A stretch of 63,558 nt of DNA, filler included, from Collodictyon triciliatum (lineage: Eukaryota), in assembly GCA_043381765.1 (NCBI GenBank). It is 5 parts of 5 records of this genome, joined end to end, with 100 filler letters (N's around TTAATTAATTAA, not from the genome) between each part and the next. Parts side by side here need not be neighbours in the genome. Positions count along the whole stretch, not along the records: positions 1 to 17,305 come from JBHJMP010000973.1; positions 17,406 to 45,923 come from JBHJMP010000974.1; 3 more parts are not named here. One strand, written 5' to 3'. The position numbers were made by a program, and so were the translations under genes. Positions within the stretch are counted from its first letter, which is position 1. Each line of letters starts with the position of its first letter. Shown here piece by piece: positions 1-17,505 of the stretch. The notes below the pieces were generated by a model. The model searched no databases, was not told where the DNA came from, and worked only from the letters and a program-made list of their open reading frames with translations.

Positions 1-769
1 AATTACAGAATAATTTATAATTTTTTTTTTTTTTTTTTCTTTTTTTTTTTTTTTTTATCTTTCCAGTATAGTTGCACATGTTGATTTTGCTCTAGTCGAT
101 TAACTCAATTGGTCGGGTGGACGTTTACAATCTTTGGGGTTTGCATTTATTTGAATCCGTTGTGTTTGTTGTTGTTTTTGAAAGGAAAAAAAAAAGGGTA
201 AAAATAGACAGGTACATGCACATGGTAAACCCACCATTTGATATGGACACTCAATATTATATTTTCAGAGTACGATGTGATCAAAACAGTCTATCGTATC
301 AAATATTGATGTTTCGAAAATAATTTGATAAACTATTTATATTTCCCAACACTGCTATTGGGTGGCGAATAGGTTAACTTGTACATACTTTCAATATAAT
401 GGAGATACAATATTAATATTTGTGTATTCGTCTTCGTTTGTAGGGGTGATTTTTTTTCTTTTCAATTAGACTGTCATCCATACTTGGCTTCCACCATATT
501 GCACATATTGAAGGGAAGAAAAAAAACACAAAGAATACCCGACTCCAAAGCAACACTATAATTAGAGGCATCTCGAGCATTAAAGATTATCAAGTATGTT
601 TATAGAAGAAAAATGAAATTTATCACATCACCGGATAATTTCATTTATCTCAAAGCTCATGAGCGCATATGAATCCGAATGTACCCTTTCCAAATACACA
701 AAGCATAGCTCATCCAGATGATTTATATCTCTTTGAATTTTGATTCTGCCAAACACTCGTCGGGTTGGT

Positions 770-946
770 TTAATCTGAAGATAGAGTCAAATATTCCATG
801 GTGGCATTAGTTGCTCTAATACTTGCCTCCTTGGCCTGTACATCAGCCTCAATAAGTATTAACTGCAGCCTTATGTCATCAATTGAGCTGCTTAGCTGCT
901 GCTCTGTTAGATGTAGCTTTCGAAGAGAACTATCATTTGTCGTCAT
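770..946 (-). CDS. Probable terminal exon of an unknown coiled-coil protein (MTTNDSSLRKLHLTEQQLSSSIDDIRLQL...LSSD*)
   Basis: 59-codon open frame after a catag acceptor, heptad-like composition, higher GC than flanks; upstream exons not resolved (gap at 1369-2107). Confidence 0.3.
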   Translation of the reverse strand: MTTNDSSLRKLHLTEQQLSSSIDDIRLQLILIEADVQAKEASIRATNATMEYLTLSSD

Positions 947-2290
947 CTATGGCATGTATAACATTTTCAAAATAAGTATTCTGTACTGTATCATGGCCTA
1001 GCGAAAAGAATTTTTGATTTCGAAAAAAAAAATGGTCCTTGTATGACTTAACCCTTTTGCACTTTGAATCGAATAAAATAGGAATAAATCAAAATAATGG
1101 CAAAATCCTCTAAATAAAAATTAATACAAAATATGATTTCCTTTCAGCAACATCACTCCATATTTTATTCATTTTGTAAAAGAAAATATTGAGATAGGAA
1201 TTTTAATATCTATGAGGGCGACTTTTTTTATATCACATGCCATATGTAAATTTACTTTTGAATAAGACCTTCACTGATATACCAGGGGGTGCCCTGGGTG
1301 GTACATTAAACTCACCATATTACTAAGACTATCCAGAAGTCTCTGTGCCTTCGTATAACAATCGGGGANNNNNNNNNNNNNNNNNNNNNNNNNNNNNNNN
1401 NNNNNNNNNNNNNNNNNNNNNNNNNNNNNNNNNNNNNNNNNNNNNNNNNNNNNNNNNNNNNNNNNNNNNNNNNNNNNNNNNNNNNNNNNNNNNNNNNNNN
1501 NNNNNNNNNNNNNNNNNNNNNNNNNNNNNNNNNNNNNNNNNNNNNNNNNNNNNNNNNNNNNNNNNNNNNNNNNNNNNNNNNNNNNNNNNNNNNNNNNNNN
1601 NNNNNNNNNNNNNNNNNNNNNNNNNNNNNNNNNNNNNNNNNNNNNNNNNNNNNNNNNNNNNNNNNNNNNNNNNNNNNNNNNNNNNNNNNNNNNNNNNNNN
1701 NNNNNNNNNNNNNNNNNNNNNNNNNNNNNNNNNNNNNNNNNNNNNNNNNNNNNNNNNNNNNNNNNNNNNNNNNNNNNNNNNNNNNNNNNNNNNNNNNNNN
1801 NNNNNNNNNNNNNNNNNNNNNNNNNNNNNNNNNNNNNNNNNNNNNNNNNNNNNNNNNNNNNNNNNNNNNNNNNNNNNNNNNNNNNNNNNNNNNNNNNNNN
1901 NNNNNNNNNNNNNNNNNNNNNNNNNNNNNNNNNNNNNNNNNNNNNNNNNNNNNNNNNNNNNNNNNNNNNNNNNNNNNNNNNNNNNNNNNNNNNNNNNNNN
2001 NNNNNNNNNNNNNNNNNNNNNNNNNNNNNNNNNNNNNNNNNNNNNNNNNNNNNNNNNNNNNNNNNNNNNNNNNNNNNNNNNNNNNNNNNNNNNNNNNNNN
2101 NNNNNNNCTCTCAGGTGTCGGTTACGTTTTGCCTCTGTGTATGGCTCTGCGGTTTTCATCACTCAGTATCAGAATCAAAGATATTGCACCTTTTTTTCTT
2201 TTCGTTTATTCGGTTCCAGGTGGAAGTGATTTTGTATTTGGGATGTTTCAGCTTTATTATTGGAAACGGGAAAATGAGGTTGGTTTGTTA

Positions 2291-2397
2291 AGGTGTTTAG
2301 GTGTCTAGGTGTTTAGGTGTTTAGGTGTTTAGGCGTTTAGGTGTTTAGGCGTTTAGGCGTTTAGGTGTTTAGGTGTTTAGATGTTTAGATGTTTAGG
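2291..2397 (+). repeat. Tandem 8-mer (TTTAGGTG/TTTAGGCG/TTTAGATG)n, about 13 units, telomere-like
   Basis: Directly visible tandem array. Confidence 0.9.
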
Positions 2398-2436
2398 AAG
2401 TTGAGAGAAATTCGTCTAAGTTGTGGGGAGAAAGAC

Positions 2437-7312
<4,876 letters not shown>

Positions 7313-7468
7313 AGGAGCGTTGGCTGGGAAGGCTTCGTCTTGTGATCCCACGCAACAATCGAGGATGTCAAGATGTATCAGTGGCGGGGCCGATAAAACA
7401 AACAGGGAGTGGAGGGAGGAGGCGCGACGGAGGATTGTGAGGAGGATAAGAAACTACCAAAGTATATC

Positions 7469-7520
7469 CATGTAAACTTCTTTGAATCGAATAAAGAGAA
7501 AAAATTGCATGTAAACTTCT
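7469..7520 (+). mobile_element. 26-nt micro-insertion (TTGAATCGAATAAAGAGAAAAAATTG) with perfect 13-bp TSD
   Basis: catgtaaacttct at 7469-7481 and 7508-7520. Confidence 0.8.
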
Positions 7521-8103
7521 GCGTGGGCGACGTCTGGCCAGGCAATTATCTGCCCAACTATAAACGTGAAGTGACACCTTGTTGTTTTTTTTTCTTCACA
7601 CGCACAGATCATGACCTTGTCATCAACACATTGGCCGCCATCCTCAAAGATAGGCTTTATCTTTGTAGGTGTTCACCTTTATAGTCCTATTTTAATATTA
7701 ATACCCATTAGACAACAAAATTAGTCAATATGATGATAAATATACGTAAATTTAACAAAACACTATATATTCCAGATATAACTATGTCACACCATCTCAA
7801 CCTGCGCCAAATACGAAATGTTACCGTTGGGATATCTCCTCTGGCCGAATTCGCGAACATTGCTCCAATACATGCACAATTCAAAGCGAAAGTTCGCCGA
7901 GGCAGAAAACTCTCAATCTGCGATCAGCGGGCCACGGAATCGATCCCGTCAGGCCTCCATTAGGCGGGGTTCTGCCTGGAGAGGAGAGCAGTATCCCATC
8001 GCCCTCTGAGCGCGCGTTATTGTCCTCTCGTTGGAACAATAGGAGTCTTGCCAGATAGCAATTATATGTTTTTAATCTCGATAGATACCATTGAAGAGAC
8101 GCG

Positions 8104-11100
8104 ATGTTTTACCACCAAGAGTTGCTTGCCAAGAAGGGCCCACTCGGGCGAATCTGGATTGCCGCTCATTGCGACGGGAAAGTGAACAAACAGCTCATTC
8201 GAGAGATCGACATCTCTGACTCTGTCTGTATGGTGAAACTTAGCTTATTAATACCCGAAAAAAAAAATGAATTACCCTATTCGAAGAAAATCCAAATATT
8301 GCAAGAAAATAGCAAACCGTTTTAAGAAAAAAGAAAAAGAAAAAAGAAAAAGAAAAAAGTAGTTGCAACTTAGACTTCACTATTGTAGTGCAAATCACTT
8401 CGCCCATCGCACCATTTGCACTGCGTATGTCGGGGCATTTGCTGCTTGGAGTTGTACGTATCTACTCACGAAAAGCAAAGTATTTACTTGCAGACTGCAG
8501 CGATGCCTTGGCAAAAATCAAAATGGTAGCAATAATAAATCCTTCACACACGATGGTTATCTTGTTGATAAGTGATGTTGTGACATTTCGATTGGTTCTC
8601 ACGTTAAATGTTTGATTATTATGTAATCATTCCACTAGGCTTTCAGGCCTGGAGTGATTGACCTCCCACCGACGGAAAATATCAGCACGTTTGCATCCAT
8701 CACACTTCCAGAAACCGGGGAAATGCTTGATCTTGAGCTGGAGTTTATGCAAGTTTTAATGAAAGAAAACAGAAAGACTTCATATCTTGATATAAGTACA
8801 TTTAATTGAATAAAGAAGAAAGAAAAATATAAATGCGCACTTTGTTCTCTGATGATGAGTTTTTACTATCATAAAATACCTAGCCCGATATCCATCCAGT
8901 CAGATGCAAGAGCTGCTGGAATGTCGCCATTCTTGATGTCACCAGGAATTATCACACCCCGACGAGAAAATATCGACCTTGATGATATCCCTGAGGCAAT
9001 ACGCAGTCCTCACTCGATGAATCTTCTAGACCACGACGGTACATTCTATCAAATACGCTGTTTTCAAGACTAACATACCTCCCATGAGATATACAGCATT
9101 ATCAATCAACACATAAATATATTCATTTTATTGTATGACTTGATCAGCTATGAGGCCGTTGGATAATGATGAATGGATGGAGGCCGAAGTTGTAAGTATC
9201 ATGCAAGTCATAGCCTCAAAATCACTACTGCACTGATGGTGACATATCTAGCGACTTTTTTTTTTAAAAAAAAACAATGACTATATTCATACCTTGTTTG
9301 GGTTAATGTCGAAAACTCACACACTTAGCCCGAAATGGGACGAGCAGAGCTGTCCATGGAATCATCTCGCTTATCCATTATGGATCACATTGTTGACATC
9401 ACTGCAGATGTGGAGCCCCCATCTCCTACTCGACTACCCAACGAGTCTATGTTGGAAAGGGTACACGCACATATATTTTTTTTACACAGATTCGCTGAGA
9501 ATTCTCGACGCTGGTTGAATGCTGTACCTTTTTTTTTTTGTCTATGTCTTCGTTTTTGTTGTTAATTGCGGCCCACATAGGATATTGTGGAAACACCAGC
9601 CAAGCCCAGACAGGAGGACATTCTCCCTCCATCACCAGCAATTGGTATACTCCAATGACTATTTTATACTTGTTTATGTCAAAACGAATCATATTTTTCA
9701 TTTTAAGGAGTCATTTGAAACTAAATCCAAGTTTACATTTAAAATGAATAGATACAGTGGAGCTTCCTGCGATAAATGCCGATTTGTCCATCAATATCAC
9801 TGATGCAAGACCAAAGCGTCAGAGAAAAAGGAAAATACAAGATGAAGTGATTGAACTGTCTGGAGTGTAGGATCCATAATTTTAAACGCATGCATTATGT
9901 CTTGTATAGTCACAAATTTTGACTGAGCCGAAACAGTTTCGTTCAATTACATACTTTTATCAAATACGGTTATCTTTCGGGAAGAAGAAAAAAGAACGAA
10001 TCAAAAGTATCAAAAAGAAAAATTCATCAGGGAAATACGAGCCCAATTGTCAAATACAAGCGACATTCTCCGACCTATGTCCTCAGTATCGCGTGTCGAT
10101 GGGCCTATGTTTACACAAGGAGTCTCCAATATAGGGTTGAATTCGTTTCTGTCCACTCCCTTCATTTCCGGTAATAATTGTGATAAGCCGAAGATAAACA
10201 TATTTAGTGATGAAACAGGAGAGCCTTCTATTGACAAAGGCATGAGGGTCTAACTACATACGGGATTTAGGGTGGGCACCTAGTTTGACCAACATCCTAG
10301 CGCCCAAGATTGTATCTCTGATTGAGAAGAAACCAAAGACTCGCTCGAAGATTATGGAACCACGAACTCCTCTGGGTGAGTATCGGACTGTTCTGATAAA
10401 GGGGATTCTGTCAGATAATGTAACAAATGCTGCGAATAAATCCAGAGTTCAAAACCAAAGAAATCCGCTAGGAGGACAATCCGGGCAAAATACCACACTG
10501 CCCAGGTCACCAGGAGGGGCCGATGAAGAACCCGAAATCGGACGCAGGAATGACACTAGTGTCGTGGAGGATTTCCCAGATATGTCCCGCATTGACGAGA
10601 CAATCCGGGATGATGAAGTAGGCTAATTCAAACCCAGTCAGCTGAATTACGTTTTTTCTTAAAAACCAGTATAGACTATACTCATACGATTGTGGTTATT
10701 CCTCTTCCTCTCAAACAAACACTCTGCCCTAAACTTTGTATAGTCCATATCCAGGGAAAGGCGGTCACCAAAGAGTTCGATGCGAGGTAGCAATACACAT
10801 CAGGCAGCAGTCTGCTCAACATCGCCTCAAATATCTATACTCATGCTCACCCATTTTTCTCCCCTTCCTTGATGTTTATCGCTGAGAAATTGAAGGGAAC
10901 GGTAAAGTAATCGGTAAAAGGAAGAAAAAAAAGCCTGTGAAAAGATTTTTTTTTAAAAAAAAAACGACAAACCAAGCACCGCCACTCAACAGTAAACCCA
11001 TATGCAATGATTACATAGACCATGGAGATGAACACAGCGGCATCAACCTCCATTCTGATGAGGAAGGCGGGTTGGCAAGAGTACATAGCCCAGTTATCCT

Positions 11101-11905
11101 CCCAGAGATTGACATGGACGAAGATGCTGTGTCTATAGCCGTGACTACAACAGAGACTGGAACGACTGGGACTACGGATGAGAGGGAGCACGCCGACCGA
11201 AGAGAGTCCGTTCTTGAGGAAGAGGACGCCGCAGCCGCGAGGATGATTGCTGGCCGAGACATCGGGCTGAAGAAGACTCCTCCGACTGCGCCGGAGCAAA
11301 GCCGCACAAGTCCTGGGGCAGAAGTTCCTGGACAAAATGGCGACGAGAACGAGAGCGAAATCGAAAACGAGAACGAGGATGAGGAGGTGACACTGACACA
11401 CGATGGATGGAGTCGCACAACACTCAAGTTTCTGCAGCATCTTCAGCACAAGTGAGTTTGGCCGCCCCTATCCTCACAACTTCCCTGTTGTTTCTCTATG
11501 CACCGCACCCAACCTGGGAGGGGGAGGCGGGGTCTGCCCTTTGATTCCCACCGCGGACTGCGCTTTGCAGCCTCCTCCCTCCGATGCGGACACCACAGGC
11601 TTCTCTCATTGTTCTGCCGGGGTGATTTTGCAGGATGTCCGGGGCGGAGGAGATTGAGTTCCATCGCCTTGTCCGGGGCACACGGGAGCGGAAGCACGTG
11701 GCCCGGTCGTTCTTTGAGATTCTGCAGCTCAAGACGCGAGGCTTCGTCGACGTGACACAGGCCGAGGCATACGGACCGATCGTCGTGCACAGGACGGTAT
11801 GATTCCCGCCCCAAACACACCCAGCAAACAAGCCTCTTCTCACACGCCCGCTCATCCCCACATCCGCCACCACAGGAGCGCCTTGCAGAGCCCGTGCCCG
11901 AGTGA
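8104..11905 (+). CDS. RAD21: Cohesin kleisin subunit Rad21/Scc1 (Rad21/Rec8 family), multi-exon
   Basis: N-terminus [22 protein letters not shown]...[28 protein letters not shown]-terminal winged helix [28 protein letters not shown]; stop at 11802, or at 11905 if the last GTATGA..CAG intron is spliced. Confidence 0.93.
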
Positions 11906-12086
11906 GAGCCCCGCCGTAGAATAAACCACCTTAGCTTGTCCCACACAGAAACACAAACACAGAGGCAGACGCCACATAGCCCAGGGAGCAGAGCCGTGCC
12001 GCGCGCGGGTGATGGAGGGCGGAGGGGGGGAATGGGCATTTTATTGTGCAAGGGATCTGTCGGCAAACAGGGGCCGGAGCAGGCGC

Positions 12087-13034
12087 TTAGTCAAAGAGAC
12101 CGAAGCCCATGTCCTCGTCCTCCTCTTCCTTGGGCTCCTCCTTCTTGGGCTCCTCCTTCTTGGCCTCGTCCTTCTTGGGCTCGGCCTTGCCGGCATCGGG
12201 GACAGGGGCGGCAACGGCGAATGCAGAGGGGTCGGCCAGGTACTTCTTGACCTTGTCGGCCAGGGGGAAGGAGAAGTCTGTCTCGACGGCAACGGCAAGC
12301 AGATTCTTGTAGGCGTTGCTGACCATGTGGGGGATGGAGAGGGCGTTGGGGAAGGAGGCGCCGAGCGACAGCAGCGTGACGGCGGCGGTGGCCTCCTTGA
12401 ACTTGGCCAGCAGGTCGTCGTTGGTGATGTCGAGGATTTCGGGGCCGTAGACGGAGCCGTTGTCGTAGATGGTGCGCAGCTTCAGGCCGTACGAGAAGGG
12501 CTTGATGTTGAGCTTGGCAAGCAGGGCAGCCTCGGACGAGCCGACCTTCTGGCCGGGCGAGAGCAGGTGCACGTCGTTGATGATTTCCACGGCTCCCTTG
12601 TTGATCTTGGACGGGATGTTGAGCGCCTGCAGGAAGGACGTCTGTGTGGGCTCCAGACCCGTGTTTCCGGCGGGGATGACGACCTTGCAGGGCGAGATGG
12701 AGCCTGCGCGGGCGGGCGCGGCAACGCGGTTGTCGTCCAGCACCTTGCGGGCCTCGTTCAGGTCGCCCTTGACAAAGATGAAGCCGATGTTGAGCTTGAC
12801 GTGGTCCATCAGGGCCTGCAGCTTGGGGTTGGCCTCCAGCTTGTCCTTGATGGCCTTGCGGATCAGCGTGTTCTTGCCCATGAGGACAACGGCCTTGCCG
12901 CGGAGGGCCACGCGGATGCGCTGGAACTGGCGCGAGCCGACATTGTCTGCCTCCACGATGAAGACGCGCGAGTACTCGTCCAGCAGGCGGTGCAGGCGTT
13001 CAAAGTATTCTTCCTTGCGGGCGTCGACGGGCAT
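12087..13034 (-). CDS. RPLP0: 60S acidic ribosomal protein P0 (uL10); uninterrupted CDS, probable 5'UTR intron
   Basis: ADNVGSRQFQRIR, VLMGKNTLIRKAI, NTGLEPTQTSFLQALNIPSKI, C-terminus EEDEDMGFGLFD; strong C/G-ending codon bias. Confidence 0.98.
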   Translation of the reverse strand: MPVDARKEEYFERLHRLLDEYSRVFIVEADNVGSRQFQRIRVALRGKAVVLMGKNTLIRKAIKDKLEANPKLQALMDHVKLNIGFIFVKGDLNEARKVLDDNRVAAPARAGSISPCKVVIPAGNTGLEPTQTSFLQALNIPSKINKGAVEIINDVHLLSPGQKVGSSEAALLAKLNIKPFSYGLKLRTIYDNGSVYGPEILDITNDDLLAKFKEATAAVTLLSLGASFPNALSIPHMVSNAYKNLLAVAVETDFSFPLADKVKKYLADPSAFAVAAPVPDAGKAEPKKDEAKKEEPKKEEPKEEEDEDMGFGLFD

Positions 13035-13707
13035 GTTGCTGCAATGTGGAGAAGGGAGGGTGGGGCGTTGGTTAGAAGGTGTGGTCAGGGGCGTGCTCAG
13101 GGTGATGCGTGGCGTCTAGTCTGCGTGTGTCTTGCTGCCGCCGCATTCTGGTGATCGCGATCGTTTGTTGATTCCGTGAGTCTTTTGGGAATTTGTCTGT
13201 TTGATCTGATCATTCTGCCGTGAGAGCACGTGGAGCGCGGTTGAGATGCAAATTTGGAGGTATCGATAGCAAAACAGAGATTTTTAAAATGCTTCCGTAG
13301 GGTGGTATATGACTGGCTCCGACTGGAACAGGCCAATCTTTGTTGAAACGGTGTTCACCACACATCGCCTACTACCAAGTGCCACGTGGGCTTCAAAAGT
13401 CTGGAAGTATGAACTTTTGGATAGTACCGCTCGCGAGATAACTCAGCACAACTTACATGAATGAAAAGGAGTCGCGGTCTAGACAGGCACGGGTCGGTCT
13501 GCAAGCGGCGAGACGGTCAAAAGAGACATGCAGGTTTCTCACACCAGCGACGATCAAAGATCACAATGCCCGCAAAGGGGCAAGCGATAAATTTGGAATT
13601 ACTTTTATGGTATGTGTTATCGTTACATCTTGGTTGTTTCGTGACACTCCGCGCTGCGCCCTTTCCTCATTTTTCTTGGCTTGGGCAAACAGTCCGACTC
13701 ACGGACG

Positions 13708-16700
13708 CTATTTACGCCGATAAAAAAGTATATATGGACTAGATCCCTGGAGCTGCTCTTCCTTCATCGGATATACTTGGCTGTTTTTTAGTTCGATTAA
13801 CAGGGCTATTTTCATCTCTTTCTCTTTCCCTCTTTCTTTCTTTTTTTCTGTATATACTCCACTCACAATAGGCAAGCAAAAGTCGTAGGAATGAAAGAAA
13901 AAAAAAGCAGAAGCAGAAGCAATCTTCTCCAAGAGAATAAAAATAATAATATAAGCCTGGGTAGATTACCTGTCGTTGAATGCGTTCCAATTTCTGTCGT
14001 ATGGGTGCAAGCATGACCTAGAATTTCAGTTATATATTGCATAAATCGTTTCATTGAACGAATAAAAGAAAAATGAACTAAATTACAAACGCGGTGTAAT
14101 GTCCACCATACAAGGACCCTGTGTGATGAGAAACGGCGAATAGAGTGTAAACACCTCTGTCTGCTGTAGTTTACAGTCAGTTTTTGAGTTGGGATAGTCA
14201 ATGCTTTCGATATCAAATTGGTTTGCTGCTCTTTCCCAGTCAAAAGTAAGTCACCTTCTTTGTTGGCTTTGTTTTCACAGAATCGACCAAGCTTCAAATC
14301 ATCCAATGGAAATGAGACTTCGGTCGAAACTTTGTCAAAATATGACGAGTGATTTGAAAACCTTTTGAAGCCTGGATATGTTAATGGGTGGTTTAGACGG
14401 CTTCAATAGGCATTCTCCTAATCAATCAATAGCCTACTTATCACAAGAACTTCTGGAAATTTCCAAAACGAAAGCTTTTTTGTAGATTTTTGTCTTTTTT
14501 TACATTTATTGCACGTTGTCCTGTGATTTAGGATGGTGATTAGGAATAACATAGAAGTGAATATATGAATGTATCCATGCTTCATTTTTACAAACGCGTA
14601 TATACATACTTTTCATCTCCGTCCAGAACTTCTTCCTTGAAGAGGAGTTCGAGGCATTCGATTATTGTGCATTCAGACCCACTTATTTTTAATTCAACCG
14701 TTATTTGTGGCTTTTCTATTTTCTCTTCTTTTTTTTTTTTAACAAAATGATATTGTAAATAAAAAATCATTAAATGTGGAATACCTTTCGCTGCGGTAAA
14801 GCCTATCTTTAAATTTCGGCTGAGGAAAAAGGAATGATGAAAGTTGTTAGGATTTGCTTATCAATATATTAACTATCATTTATGGACAAAACAACCTCGA
14901 TACTTTATTTTTTTATTGTTAAAAAGTGGTTGCTGCAATCACATTTTTTTTAAAAGAAAAAGGTAGGTCTTGTGCAGCAAAGTTTAATTTTAAAGGGGGT
15001 TATTAACCTTGGGTATTGGAAGAGATAAATCCATAAAAGGATCGAAACATGTCGAAACATGGGAGCAGACATCACACTTGAGACTACTTTTTAGTTGCCC
15101 GCAGAACATATCCATGACTATACTGTCATTCCTTCTCACGTGGTCTCCCCAATAAAGAGGGGCCTTTTTCTCATCGAGCATATCGTCATCATCTTTCCTC
15201 TCGATATATTCTTGCTTTTTTCGAACCCTAATTTTCCGTAAACAGGGGATATTACGGTCCTTATACTTATGCACTCTTTTTAGTGTTGGTAAATGAATAG
15301 ATATGTAAATATATTAGGGGCATAAGGAGCACCGGTTCAGATCACTGTGCAGCCCATCTAGTAAGAATCTCAGGAACTCGTGGGCGTCTTGTTGGCTGAT
15401 ATATTATTTTACGTAAAAATGATTTAAAATGGATTTTTTTTTGGCATTAAGAGCTAATAATTGCATTATTTTTAAATAAAAAAAAACACAGCAAAACAAC
15501 ACAGCAACTACTTGTATCCCAAGAACCGGGGCGCTATTTTTCCTACTTCCCGTTTGAACTTCGTCGGAGTCAAAGATGCTAATATATAGTAAAGATTTTA
15601 AATTACTATTCAATATGGAGAAAATTTTGTAAATATACAAAGATAATTACATGCGTTGACATCCTTCCAAACTCCTATCATTAAATCTCGGAATGCTGTG
15701 GTAATTGGGTTATTTGAACGAGGATAAATTTAGATAGTATCGCAGATAACTAGATTGGCAAATCATCTCCATTCATTTCATCTTTATTGTCTTCTTTTTT
15801 TCTTTTATGAAAAGGGAACAAACCCAAGGCAATTTCACCACTACTTGTACTTTTCGTGTTAATCTCTTTGTCTAGAGTTTCCTTCAAAAAATATTTTTCT
15901 AGTTGCGGGATGTTGAATAGACACTGCAAGGCTGAATTCATGAAGCACTGAGCATCAGAGAGTGTGGTTAATACTTGAACACAATCACATATAACCGAAC
16001 AAAACAAAACAAAACAAAACAAAACAAAACAAAACAAAACAAAACAAAACAAAACAAAACAAAACAAAACAAAACAAAACAAAACAAAACAAAACAAANC
16101 AAAACAAAACAAAACAAAACAAAACAAAACAAAACAAAACAAAACAAAACAAAACAAAACAAAACAAAACAAAACAAAACAAAACAAAACAAAACGAAAC
16201 AAAACACACGTAAAGAGCAAAAATAAATTAATAATTTGATAAGATATTAAACTATGATATTCAAAATGACATTACAATAAAACCTCACTGTATTTCCAAG
16301 ATTTTGAAGGCCAACCAGCCCTTTTTTGTATGGAGATGGTGGAAGCAACGAGGAAGAAGATGGGGTTGAGGCTGATTCTGCTGACTTTTGTTCTGCTATT
16401 GGAGTTATTTGTGTGTGACTTTGTAAGGAGTTTGTTAAAGAATGTGGTGCAATCAATGCCAAGGATGCCACAGAAGAAGGAGGAGACTGGGCCATAGATT
16501 GAGTTTTGTTTGAAAGTGCAGTCATTTTTGTGTCTAAAGGTGTGTGAGGAGAAGGTACACGCTCAAGAAATGTGTGTTGAAAGGGTTCTTTGGGAGTCTC
16601 TGGGGGCTTGAACTGAACTAGTGAGGAGTTGCTTAAGCTGCGAGTCAGCTTTGCAACCGAGTTCTTGCGCGAGAGTGGTGGAATGTGATAGTTGCTCGTT

Positions 16701-17008
16701 GTGCTGTCCATCCGCTCCAAAGTATGGGACCTCACCGACTTGTCAGTAGAATGCGAGCGAGGCATCATCCCTGCGGCTTTACCAGCGACCGAGTCCTGCT
16801 GTCTGCTCGGCTGCTCTTGATCAGAGGTTGCTGTGATTGCCGAGACTGTGGGCAGGGCAGGACTTGAAGCGCTGTGTGTGGCGACGAGACTCTCGGGCGG
16901 CAGATGATTCTGAGGGAGCGTGGCTGAAGGCAGGCGCGGCGAGTTTGTTGTAAGCGGCTTCTTCTTTTGCTTTGGCTGTCGACTCCGCGAGCTTACGACC
17001 GCTCCCAT
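13708..17008 (-). CDS. Ubiquitin-specific protease (USP2/8/21-like, peptidase C19) with S/P-rich N-terminal extension
   Basis: Cys box GLQNLGNT|CFMNSALQCL, QQDAHEFLRFLLDGLH, Zn fingers CDVC, FDPFMDLSLPIP, FKRFS, His box VSHHTGSLYGGHYTA, FNDS, PYILFYRR*. Confidence 0.93.
15997..16206 (+). repeat. (AAAAC)n microsatellite in a USP intron
   Basis: Visible repeat. Confidence 0.97.
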
Positions 17009-17205
17009 GGCAAGAGGGACAGGAGCGAGACTGCAGGTTTGGCGCGAAGGTGTTCCTCTCTCTCTCTGCGGCGCTTCAAAAGCGGCCTTGTGTAGCAAAC
17101 AACCTTACAGTCGAAGAAGGCGTGGTAAAGGTAGCCTGCCGAGAAAAGAAATCGCTTGAAACTAGCCCGCGGGTGACAAGTTTTCTTTGCATATCTCTTT
17201 GCTGC

Positions 17206-17287
<82 letters not shown>

Positions 17288-17305
17288 CTTTATTTTTTTT
17301 TTTTT

Positions 17306-17405
17306 NNNNNNNNNNNNNNNNNNNNNNNNNNNNNNNNNNNNNNNNNNNNTTAATTAATTAANNNNNNNNNNNNNNNNNNNNNNNNNNNNNNNNNNNNNNN
17401 NNNNN
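17306..17405. other. Artificial contig spacer N-TTAATTAATTAA-N (stop codons in all six frames); same spacer at 45924-46023, 54809-54908 and 60827-60926
   Basis: Identical 12-mer centred in 100-nt N blocks four times. Confidence 0.95.
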
Positions 17406-17505
17406 ACATACATACATACATACATACATACATACATACATACATACATACATACATACATACATACATACATACATACATACATACATACATACATACA
17501 TACAC
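17406..17505 (+). repeat. (CATA)n microsatellite
   Basis: Visible repeat. Confidence 0.97.

Noticed and set aside
7845-8104. CGCG/GGCGGG motifs upstream of RAD21 as E2F/MCB sites
   Set aside because: Short and degenerate; not distinguishable from chance without comparative data
12009-13154. 381-aa antisense ORF over RPLP0 (similar ones over RPL7A)
   Set aside because: Expected shadow of strong GC3 codon bias; no recognisable protein
15750-16226. FVLFC / TKQNK repeat ORFs (also 51324-51802, poly-I/N/Y ORFs, IEK repeats at 44810)
   Set aside because: Translations of microsatellites
17350-17361. TTAATTAATTAA palindrome repeated four times (also 45968, 54853, 60871)
   Set aside because: Always centred in 100-nt N blocks, so it is an artificial six-frame-stop contig linker, not biology
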